A stretch of DNA of 64,000 nt. It comes from Candidatus Micrarchaeota archaeon. GTDB lineage: Archaea; Micrarchaeota; Micrarchaeia; Micrarchaeales; CABMGC01. The notes beneath the pieces are model-generated. The model was not told the DNA's origin. It worked only from the letters and a program-made list of their open reading frames with translations, and searched no databases. The stretch's first letter is position 1. Each line of letters starts with the position of its first letter. Of this stretch, positions 56,633 through 64,000 are shown in pieces. Where the stretch lies: positions 27,299-91,298 of the forward strand of contig JAJZRI010000002.1 of the NCBI GenBank assembly GCA_021802765.1, written 5' to 3'. The position numbers and the translations under genes are program-made.

Positions 56633-57979
56633 TTACATCTCGAATCCTTGATAGAGCGGGAAGGATCCGCACAGAGAAAGCACATCTGATCGTATCTCCT
56701 TTATCCTTGCATTGTCCTTTATCCTAGCCCTAAACTCCCTTATGGATGCAAGGCGCTCTTCCTTCTCTTCCGGCATGCGCATCCCCTTTATCTCCATTAT
56801 CGCATCCGATATCATCCTCCCTATCCTTCTCATCTCTCCCTCCTTCATTCCCCGTGTGGTGAGCGCTGGCGTTCCAAGTCTAATGCCGCTGGGATAGAAT
56901 GGCGATGAAGGCTCGCCCGGTATTGTGTTCTTGTTGACTGTTATTCCCGCGCGTTCAAGCGCCTCCTGGGCGAAGATCCCAAGCCCATTCCCAAAGGGCG
57001 TGAGGTCTATTAATATCATATGGTTGTCTGTTCCTCCGGTAACTACCTTTATTCCGTTTGCCGCAAGCGCATCGGCAAGAGTACGGGAGTTGCTTACTAT
57101 CTGCCTTGCATACTCCTTGAACTCGGGCCTTGAGGCCTCCATGAGCGCCACGGCTATGCCTGCGGTCGTATGGTCATGCGGCCCTCCCTGCATCCCCGGA
57201 AAGACTGCCTTGTCAATCTTATCTGCAAGCTCCGGATCCTTTGCCAGCCCCTTCTCGGTTACCATGATCATCGCTCCACGCGGACCCCTTAATGTCTTGT
57301 GGGTGGTCGTGGTGACTACGTGCGCGTAATCTACAGGGCTCTTGTGCACTCCCCCGGCAACGAGCCCGGCTATGTGCGATATGTCCGCTACAAGGTATGC
57401 ACCATTCTTGTCTGCTATCTTTGCAAACTCCTCGAATGGAAACTCCCGAGTATATGCCGTTGCGCCAACCCATATCATCCTCGGCCTTCTCTCCTCTGCA
57501 AGCGCAGCAACTTCGACAAGGTCTATGTATCCGTCAGCCTTGACATGATACGGCACGCTGTTAAACAGCTGTCCGGTAGCGCTAGTCTTCCATCCATGCG
57601 TAAGATGTCCTCCGTCCGTGAGGTTCATCCCCATTATCGTATCCCCGACCCTGCAAAGGGCAAGCGAGACCGCAAGGTTTGCAGGAGAGCCAGAGTATGG
57701 CTGCACGTTTACGTGCGGCACCTTGAAGAGGGACTTCGCGCGGCTTATCGCAAGGCGCTCTATGTCATCTATGTATTCGTTCCCACCATAGTAGCGCCTT
57801 CCGGCGTATCCTTCGGAATATTTGTTGGTCAGCACCGATCCGCACGCCTGAATGACAGCCATGCTCGTGAAGTTCTCCGAGGGTATCATCTCCAGTCCGT
57901 CGCGCTGCCTTGAAAGCTCTTCTTTTATGTACTCATAAGTATCCGGATCGTCCTTCTTAAGTTCCCCAAACCACTCCAT
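56633..57979 (-). CDS. glyA: Serine hydroxymethyltransferase
   Basis: 'VVTTTTHKTLRGPRG' carries the PLP lysine, and 'MIPSENFTS' is present. ATG at 57977-57979 is preferred over the TTG at 57991. Confidence 0.95.
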   Translation of the reverse strand: MEWFGELKKDDPDTYEYIKEELSRQRDGLEMIPSENFTSMAVIQACGSVLTNKYSEGYAGRRYYGGNEYIDDIERLAISRAKSLFKVPHVNVQPYSGSPANLAVSLALCRVGDTIMGMNLTDGGHLTHGWKTSATGQLFNSVPYHVKADGYIDLVEVAALAEERRPRMIWVGATAYTREFPFEEFAKIADKNGAYLVADISHIAGLVAGGVHKSPVDYAHVVTTTTHKTLRGPRGAMIMVTEKGLAKDPELADKIDKAVFPGMQGGPHDHTTAGIAVALMEASRPEFKEYARQIVSNSRTLADALAANGIKVVTGGTDNHMILIDLTPFGNGLGIFAQEALERAGITVNKNTIPGEPSSPFYPSGIRLGTPALTTRGMKEGEMRRIGRMISDAIMEIKGMRMPEEKEERLASIREFRARIKDNARIKEIRSDVLSLCGSFPLYQGFEM

Positions 57980-58049
57980 TGCAACTCCCAACTTTAATAA
58001 GTCTAATCACAATTTATATATTACTGCGCCTAAGCGCAGAGCCGATAGC

Positions 58050-58952
58050 ATGAAGATAGGATTGATACGACCCTACGAGATAGAATACAACAACCAGGAC
58101 ATAATAGACCTTGACAAGGCAATCAAGTCCCTTGGCCATGTCCCAAAGAGGGTCTACATAGACAAGATAGGCGTGAGCATGGACCGGGGAAGGATAGACG
58201 TGACGCACATGGTCTCAAAGAACAGGCCGCAGAGCCTTGGGATAGACTGCGCGTTCCTCAGGCACCTTGGCATAATAAAGGACTATGAGCAGTTTGGCAG
58301 CAGGCTCTGGTCCGTGAGGGCCATAGAGCAGTCCGGCACGCTTGTGATGAACAACCTTATGAGCTGGCTGATGGCAAGCGACAAGCTCGCATCGCTTAGC
58401 ACCCTTGCAAAAGAGGGCCTTCCGGTGCCGCACACCTTCGTCACCGAGGACATGTTCAGCGCTTACCGGGAGATGAAGGATGAGAAGGAGGTGGTCATAA
58501 AGCCTATAAGAGGGTCGATGGGCTTTGGGGTCTTTCGCGCAAGCGACCCGGACGTCGCAATGCACATCTTTAGCTACTTCACCAACCTTAGCAAGCCGAT
58601 GTATCTTCAAAGGTACATGGAGAAGAAGGGAGGGGGCGATTACAGGGTCATAGTAATCGGTGGACGCGCTATAGGCGCAGAGTTCAGGAAGGGAAAGGAT
58701 TGGAAGTCCAACGTGGCCCAGGGTGCGATTCCAAGGAAGGCAAGGATGGATGACGAGATGGAGGAGATAGCGATAAAGGCCACAGAGGTGCTGGGCCTTG
58801 AGTATGCAGGCATAGACATAGCCGACACACGGGAGGGATACATGATACTCGAGACCAATCCCACCATATCCTGGCAGGGCTTCAAGAAGGCTACAAAGAT
58901 AAACGTGGCAATGAGGCTCGTAGAGCACATGGTCAAGAGGGCAAGGGAGTGA
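58050..58952 (+). CDS. ATP-grasp ligase, RimK family (alpha-L-glutamate ligase-like)
   Basis: 'VVIKPIRGSMGFGV', 'YLQRYMEKKGGGDYRVIVIGG' and 'GIDIADTREGYMILETN'. Confidence 0.7.
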   Translation: MKIGLIRPYEIEYNNQDIIDLDKAIKSLGHVPKRVYIDKIGVSMDRGRIDVTHMVSKNRPQSLGIDCAFLRHLGIIKDYEQFGSRLWSVRAIEQSGTLVMNNLMSWLMASDKLASLSTLAKEGLPVPHTFVTEDMFSAYREMKDEKEVVIKPIRGSMGFGVFRASDPDVAMHIFSYFTNLSKPMYLQRYMEKKGGGDYRVIVIGGRAIGAEFRKGKDWKSNVAQGAIPRKARMDDEMEEIAIKATEVLGLEYAGIDIADTREGYMILETNPTISWQGFKKATKINVAMRLVEHMVKRARE

Positions 58953-58953
58953 A

Positions 58954-59427
58954 ATGGCAAGCGTATCGATAGTAGTTGCAATGGCAAGGAACAGGGTCAT
59001 TGCAAGCGGCGATAAGATACCTTGGGACGTGAAGGAGGATAGGGAGCTATTTAGGGATCTTGTAAAGGGAAAGACCGCAATAATGGGCCATAGGACATTT
59101 GACCTGATGAAGCCAAACCTTCCAGGAAGGCACAACGTTGTGGTTAGCAGCTCCGATATAAGCTATGGCGGGATTGTCTCATGCAGGAATATCGCCGATG
59201 CCATAGGCTTCGCGCAGGGATATGGCGATGACATATTTGTGATAGGCGGCGCGAGCATCTATGCGCAGGCAATAGGGCTTGTCGACCATATGCACATCTC
59301 GTACATAGACGGGGAATACACTGGCGACAAGCTCTTTCCTGAGTTCAGCGAGAAGGATTGGGATGTCGAGAGTAGGCAGAGATTTGCAGGCTTCGAATAC
59401 GTTGTATACTCAAGAAAGCGCAAGTGA
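58954..59427 (+). CDS. folA: Dihydrofolate reductase
   Basis: 'SIVVAMARNRVIASGDKIPW', 'IMGHRTFD', 'VIGGASIYAQA' and 'LFPEF'. Confidence 0.85.
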   Translation: MASVSIVVAMARNRVIASGDKIPWDVKEDRELFRDLVKGKTAIMGHRTFDLMKPNLPGRHNVVVSSSDISYGGIVSCRNIADAIGFAQGYGDDIFVIGGASIYAQAIGLVDHMHISYIDGEYTGDKLFPEFSEKDWDVESRQRFAGFEYVVYSRKRK

Positions 59428-59487
59428 TCGCATCGCCAAAATCCGCCATTATTAAAATTTTAAGGTCCATAATATTCAAGTGAATAA

Positions 59488-60342
59488 TTGATAACTGCAA
59501 TCTACCTCGCATTTCTGGCTATACTCGGTCTTGCAGCCGGATTTGTAGGATCAATCACAGGGCTTGGAGGCGGAGTCGTACTCATACCGGCGCTGACACT
59601 TCTCTTGGGCATGCCAATAGAGTACGCGGCAGGGGCAAGCCTAATCTCCACGATAGCGACCTCTAGCGGAGCTGCCAGCGCCTATGTGAAGGACAGGCTG
59701 GCAAACATAAGGATAGGGATGTCACTTGAGATAGCTACGACGCTAGGTGCGATAGTCGGCTCCCTGGCAGCTGCGCTAATCTACACGCATCATCTAGAGC
59801 AGGTAATATTCATCCTCTTTGGTCTCGTGCTCCTCTCATCCACATATCCAACGTTCAGGGAGCTAAAGAAGATAAAAAGGGGCAGGATGAATCGGGATTG
59901 GTCAACGGACTTCTTCAACCTGCATGGAAAGTATTACGACTCTGCAACGAAGAGCTACGTGAGCTATTCTGGATATAGGTGGCCCTTTGGCGAAGGCGTG
60001 ATGCTGGTCGCAGGAGTAATATCCGGACTTCTTGGGATAGGATCCGGAGCGCTTAAGGTGATAGGGATGGACTGGGGCATGAAGCTCCCAATAAAGGTGA
60101 CCACGTCCACGAGCAACTTCATGATAGGCGTAACCGCGGCTGCAGGCAGCGCAATCTACTGGGTTATGGGATACATACAGCCCCTGCTTCTGGCTCCCAT
60201 ACTTGTGGGCATCCTTGCAGGCTCCTACTTGGGCTCGAAGATGCTGCCCGAGATGAAGGGAAGGCATGTGCGCGGCTTCTTCCTTGTCGTGCTTGTGCTG
60301 CTGGGGATAGAGATGATTCTTAGGGGGGTGGGCATTGCATGA
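59488..60342 (+). CDS. TauE/SafE (TSUP, DUF81) family anion exporter
   Basis: 'GSITGLGGGVVLIPALTLLLG' and a second-half 'GLLGIGSGALKV' repeat. About 8 TM segments. Confidence 0.75.
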   Translation: MITAIYLAFLAILGLAAGFVGSITGLGGGVVLIPALTLLLGMPIEYAAGASLISTIATSSGAASAYVKDRLANIRIGMSLEIATTLGAIVGSLAAALIYTHHLEQVIFILFGLVLLSSTYPTFRELKKIKRGRMNRDWSTDFFNLHGKYYDSATKSYVSYSGYRWPFGEGVMLVAGVISGLLGIGSGALKVIGMDWGMKLPIKVTTSTSNFMIGVTAAAGSAIYWVMGYIQPLLLAPILVGILAGSYLGSKMLPEMKGRHVRGFFLVVLVLLGIEMILRGVGIA

Positions 60343-60701
60343 GCAGATTTGAGGACATCATAGCACTTGGCCTGCGCCTTGGCGTCTCGCTAAGCATACT
60401 ATTCATACTCATCGGCCTGCTGCTGCTCTATGCTTACACTCCAAGCGGCATAGACTTCTCAAATTTCACCACACGCAGCATAAGCGTCATGGGCATACTC
60501 TACGGCCTGCCCAGATTCGACGGCATGAGCTTCATCCTTCTTGGAATAGTAGTCCTGATAGCAACGCCCGTCTTTAGGGTATTGCTATCCGTATTCCATT
60601 TTGCAGAGGAAAAGGACTGGCTGTACGTTGCAATCACCCTGATAGTTCTCATAGACCTCCTTATAGCCCTTCTAGTAATACCCCACCTTGTTGCCGGATA
60701 A
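60339..60701 (+). CDS. Small membrane protein, DUF1634-like partner of TauE
   Basis: 120 aa with 3-4 TM segments. Its start overlaps the TauE stop (ATGA). The family call is from memory of the frequent DUF81-DUF1634 pairing. Confidence 0.4.
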   Translation: MSRFEDIIALGLRLGVSLSILFILIGLLLLYAYTPSGIDFSNFTTRSISVMGILYGLPRFDGMSFILLGIVVLIATPVFRVLLSVFHFAEEKDWLYVAITLIVLIDLLIALLVIPHLVAG

Positions 60702-60795
60702 TTGCCGCATGTCATCTAAAAACAAAAATAATGGCGCAAGATATCTTGCTAATCGGGCATACCTTCTTTGCACAGCTAAGGGTTATCTATTAGGT

Positions 60796-60821
60796 GGCTG
60801 CAGGAATAATCTCCTGCAGCC
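60796..60821. terminator. Perfect 10-bp stem hairpin between the convergent DUF1634-like and csp genes
   Basis: GGCTGCAGGA-ataatc-TCCTGCAGCC. No flanking U-tract on either strand. Confidence 0.3.
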
Positions 60822-60845
60822 AAAGTCTATTATAGATCTAAGTGC

Positions 60846-61037
60846 TTATGCTTTCCTTACGTTCTTTGCGCGCGTTCCGCGGTCTCCCTGCTCTACTTCA
60901 TACTCTACAGAGTCGCCTACTGCTATCGTTGCGCCGCCTTCTACTGAAGTCTGGTGGAAATACGTGTCCTTGCCATCTTCTCCTGTTATGAATCCAAAGC
61001 CTCTTTCGGCATTGAACATTTTTACTCTTCCTTTCAT
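60846..61037 (-). CDS. cspA: Cold-shock domain protein (CspA family)
   Basis: 'MKGRVKMFNAERGFGFITGEDGKDTYFHQTSV' carries RNP1 (GFGFI) and an RNP2-like motif. 63 aa. Confidence 0.9.
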   Translation of the reverse strand: MKGRVKMFNAERGFGFITGEDGKDTYFHQTSVEGGATIAVGDSVEYEVEQGDRGTRAKNVRKA

Positions 61038-61258
61038 TCTATCACATTATCTGATTTATATTAGACAGTGGGTATATAATAACCCTATTATTTTGCATGA
61101 ACTATATAGATATTCTTGTCGCATTCGGTATCATGGCCCCAAACGAATGAGTTTGGTAATTACAAATCAACAGATGTTAATCTTAGATGTGAGCAGCACA
61201 ATTCCATGAGCGCTGTGATACGGCGCATTCTTTTAAGCTTTTTATCAGATAAGAGTGT

Positions 61259-62149
61259 ATGCGCTTTGGGCAGCAAGCAGCGATGGAATACCTGATGACC
61301 TATGGTTGGGCCATCCTTATAGTAGCCATAGTGATAGTTGCCCTCTTCCAGCTCGGGATGTTCAATAACTCAAACCTTACTCCCCACGCAACTCCTGGCG
61401 CCTGCCAAGTAGTGCACAGCGCCGCAGGAAGCAGTCTCGCCGGCCAATGCAACAATGAAATTCCGCAATTCGTAGCGCAGTTCAACGGCCAAGGTGGCGA
61501 CATTGAGATAACTCCGTTCACATGGTCGTACTCTTCCACTATAAGTATGTGGGTCGATATAGCATCAACATCCGGTCAGAGTGCAAACCAGGTCCTAGTC
61601 TACACCTATGGTTTAAGTGGTTTTGGTGGCTGTATCAAGGACCTTGGAATATACACTGGAAACATATTTGGATATTATTACCAAACCAATCCAATGAGCA
61701 CGCAGTTTTCTATCAATAACTGGCACTTAATCACAGTAGAGGATAATTCCGCAGCAAATACGCAGTATTTCTATGTGGATGGGATGCTAGCTGGCTCTTC
61801 GAGCGGAGGTGTGACCTTCCCTTCAGGAGGCGGCACATATGGCTCTTTGTATAACATATACTTGGGATTCCCAACAGGTTCAAATAGTTGTGACCCATAC
61901 AGCACCTACTGGGCGCCTCTGGATGGTTATGTATCGAATCTACAGATATACAACACTTCTCTATCGTCAGGTGAGATTTCAGCCCTGTATCAGGAAGGCA
62001 TAGGCGGTGTGCCGGTGGATCCTACCCATATAGCTGGCTGGTGGCCTCTCAATGGCAATGCGCAGGATTATTCTGGCAATAGCCATAACGGACAACTCAC
62101 AGGAATCTCATGGAACGGCACATGGACCTCTGGATACACTGCTCCATGA
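61259..62149 (+). CDS. Class III signal peptide (pilin-like) protein with LamG/ConA-like domain
   Basis: Signal region 'MRFGQQAAMEYLMTYGWAILIVAIVIVALF'. LamG_3-type pattern 'ISMWV...WHLITVED..NTQYFYVDGML...LDGYVSNLQIYNTSLSSGEISALY'. It ends with 'GWWPLNGNAQDYSGNSHNG', the usual beginning of a further LamG repeat. Confidence 0.8.
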   Translation: MRFGQQAAMEYLMTYGWAILIVAIVIVALFQLGMFNNSNLTPHATPGACQVVHSAAGSSLAGQCNNEIPQFVAQFNGQGGDIEITPFTWSYSSTISMWVDIASTSGQSANQVLVYTYGLSGFGGCIKDLGIYTGNIFGYYYQTNPMSTQFSINNWHLITVEDNSAANTQYFYVDGMLAGSSSGGVTFPSGGGTYGSLYNIYLGFPTGSNSCDPYSTYWAPLDGYVSNLQIYNTSLSSGEISALYQEGIGGVPVDPTHIAGWWPLNGNAQDYSGNSHNGQLTGISWNGTWTSGYTAP

Positions 62150-62154
62150 ATGTA

Positions 62155-62316
62155 CATTCTTTTAAACTTTTTATCAGATAAGGGCACACGTGTTTTGGGC
62201 AGCAGCCATACAGAGTATGGTTGGGAGCATGCCAGGTGCACAGGAACGCGGCGGCAGCAACGGGTAGCTACGATTCCATCAATATACACTGTTGCAACAT
62301 GCCAACTTATGTTTGA
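62155..62316 (+). pseudogene. Decayed tandem copy of the promoter and 5' end of the 61259 gene
   Basis: cattcttttaaactttttatcagataag (62155-) matches cattcttttaagctttttatcagataag (61226-). The start codon is ATG>ACG. '..FGQQ' is retained, the hydrophobic helix is deleted, and 'GACQVH' (paralogue 'GACQVVH') follows. A stop is reached at 62314-62316. Confidence 0.45.
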
Positions 62317-62392
62317 CTTATAAAGTTTTCTTGCAATCAGATATTGCAGGCAGCATCGGCCTTGTAAGTTGAAGGTCTGGCAAGTTGATATC

Positions 62393-64000
62393 ATGGTCCA
62401 TTACAAATGGGTTGCACTTTCCAATACCACCCTGGGCATACTGATGGCCTCGATAAACAGCAACATAATACTAATAGCCATGCCTGCAATATTTAGAGGA
62501 ATAGGCCTCAATCCCCTTGCGCCTGACTCATTTCAGTATCTGCTATGGCTGCTATTCGGATACAGCATAGTCACATCAACCTTGTTGGTCACTTTTGGCA
62601 GGATATCAGACATGTTCGGACGGGTTAAACTCTACAATCTGGGATTTGCAATATTTACCATAGGTTCTATACTCCTGTTCCTCACGCCAAGTACAGGCGC
62701 GCTTGGAGCAGAGGAGCTTATACTATTTAGAATAGTGCAGGGGATAGGCGGCGCCTTCCTCTTTGCCAATAGCGCTGCAATAATCACCGACGCGTTTTCG
62801 CACAAGGAGCGGGGCCTGGCACTTGGCATTAATCAGGTAGCCATGCTGGTCGGCTCATTGCTTGGAATAATACTTGGTGGAGTGCTTGCCGTAGTTGACT
62901 GGAGGGCAGTGTTTCTCGTAAGCGTGCCTTTTGGAATAATAGGGACCATCTGGTCATATATCAAGCTCAGGGAGCTTGGCGTAACAGAGAAGCATCCAAA
63001 GATAGACCTAATTGGAAATGCGACATTTGCAATAGGGCTGACCGTGCTCCTTGTTGGAGTCACCTATGCGCTGCTTCCTTATGGGAGCGATCCTACGGGA
63101 TGGAGCAGCCCGCTTATCCTGGCCACGATGCTAATCGGCCTGGTGCTTATAGGCATGTTCGTTGTGGTTGAGAGCAAGGTCAAGGCGCCGATGTTTAAGC
63201 TTGAGCTGTTTCGGATAAGGATGTTTGCAGCCGCCAATGTTGCAGGAGTAATGGGCGCTATTGCAAGGGGAGGTGCCATGCTTATGCTCATAATATTTCT
63301 GCAGGGTATATGGCTGCCGCTGCACGGCGTCAACTATGAAAATACTCCATTCTGGTCTGGCATATATATGGTACCAATGCTGCTTGGTTTTGTTATCATG
63401 GGACCGCTAAGCGGATGGCTCTCAGACCGGCACGGGGCAAGAGTTCTTGCAAGCCTTGGCATGGTGATAAGTGCCGCAGGACTTCTCATGCTCACTATGC
63501 TGCCTTACAACTTTGCATACATAAACTTTGCCGTCATAATATTTATTGTGGGTATTGGGGGTGGCATGTTCTCAGCCCCAAACACTGCGTCGATAATGAA
63601 CTCTGTTCCTCCGCAGGACAGAGGAGCCGCCTCGGGAATGCGTGCCACGCTCCAGAATGTTGGAAGCACTGTGAGCATAGCGATATTTTTTACCATAGTG
63701 ATAATAAGCTTAAGCAGCAGCCTTCCTACTGAACTCACAAGTGCCCTTAATGCAGCAGGCGCGCCGCAACTCTCTGCCGTAGTCTCTAGGATACCTCCAA
63801 CAACTGCATTGTTCGCAGCATTCCTTGGCTACAATCCAATGAAGACGCTTCTATCGGCTGCTCCAGCAAATGCCACTGCGTCACTAAGTAACAAGACTAC
63901 AGCATACATAGAGAGCAATACTTGGTTCCCAAATGCCATAGCAAAGCCATTCCTTGGCGCCCTGTCAACGGCATTTTACATAGGCGCCATACTCTCGATA
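62393..64000 (+). CDS. MFS transporter, DHA2 (EmrB/QacA-like) family (3' end cut by window edge)
   Basis: Own translation, open from ATG 62393 to the window end (536 codons): '[36 protein letters not shown]...[17 protein letters not shown]...[23 protein letters not shown]'. Absent from the ORF track because no stop is reached. Confidence 0.85.
   Translation, partial: MVHYKWVALSNTTLGILMASINSNIILIAMPAIFRGIGLNPLAPDSFQYLLWLLFGYSIVTSTLLVTFGRISDMFGRVKLYNLGFAIFTIGSILLFLTPSTGALGAEELILFRIVQGIGGAFLFANSAAIITDAFSHKERGLALGINQVAMLVGSLLGIILGGVLAVVDWRAVFLVSVPFGIIGTIWSYIKLRELGVTEKHPKIDLIGNATFAIGLTVLLVGVTYALLPYGSDPTGWSSPLILATMLIGLVLIGMFVVVESKVKAPMFKLELFRIRMFAAANVAGVMGAIARGGAMLMLIIFLQGIWLPLHGVNYENTPFWSGIYMVPMLLGFVIMGPLSGWLSDRHGARVLASLGMVISAAGLLMLTMLPYNFAYINFAVIIFIVGIGGGMFSAPNTASIMNSVPPQDRGAASGMRATLQNVGSTVSIAIFFTIVIISLSSSLPTELTSALNAAGAPQLSAVVSRIPPTTALFAAFLGYNPMKTLLSAAPANATASLSNKTTAYIESNTWFPNAIAKPFLGALSTAFYIGAILSI

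Noticed and set aside
58215-59135. 306-aa minus-strand ORF.
   Set aside because: It is antisense to the RimK-like and folA genes, which carry clear family motifs. The ORF itself has no motif.

Overview
This is an archaeal chromosomal window, densely coded on both strands. All calls come from reading the sequence and the supplied ORF track; no searches were run.

The archaeal assignment rests on:
- a complete A1Ao ATP synthase operon in the order atpH-I-K-E-C-F-A-B-D
- TFB, and an EF-1alpha/uS10 operon
- archaeal-type SAM synthetase, deoxyhypusine synthase and a Dph6-like PP-loop protein
- archaeal LeuRS and one tRNA-Gln(CUG)
- AT-rich TATA boxes about 24-30 nt upstream of many start codons

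Other core content:
- a three-gene eukaryote-type mevalonate operon (MVK, DMD homologue, ERG8-type PMK)
- a TCA block (mdh divergent from gltA-acn-icd)
- a thymidylate/folate block (tandem-domain ThyX, glyA, RimK-like ligase, folA)
- a malic enzyme-peroxiredoxin-aquaporin operon
- a radical-SAM/carbamoyltransferase/GT4 cassette

The lineage cannot be fixed without a search. The content fits a small acidophile-type genome, Thermoplasmata-like or DPANN/Micrarchaeota-like.

The non-housekeeping signal is a family of four proteins with class III signal peptides, the archaeal type IV pilin-like N-termini (Q-x-[SA]-x-E-[YF]-L followed by a hydrophobic helix). Each carries a different C-terminal module:
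1. S/T linker plus two tandem Hint (intein/Hedgehog-like) modules
2. a (TTSP)n linker plus a Cys-rich module
3. four near-identical 237-bp B-repeat domains plus a long Gly-dominated tail
4. a LamG/ConA-like domain

Two decayed fragments of the LamG member are also present, and the two adjacent paralogues share a gene-conversion tract. No pilus assembly ATPase, platform protein or prepilin peptidase lies in the window.

Further observations:
- a MITE-like element with 13-bp terminal inverted repeats and a 6-bp direct duplication
- a roughly 50-bp conserved element upstream of both a Cys/Met-family PLP enzyme gene and the SAM synthetase gene, next to an HTH-CBS regulator
- a 17-mer promoter motif shared by tfb and tuf
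- a bacterial-type cold-shock protein gene

The partial genes at both window edges were translated by hand, because the ORF track omits them.
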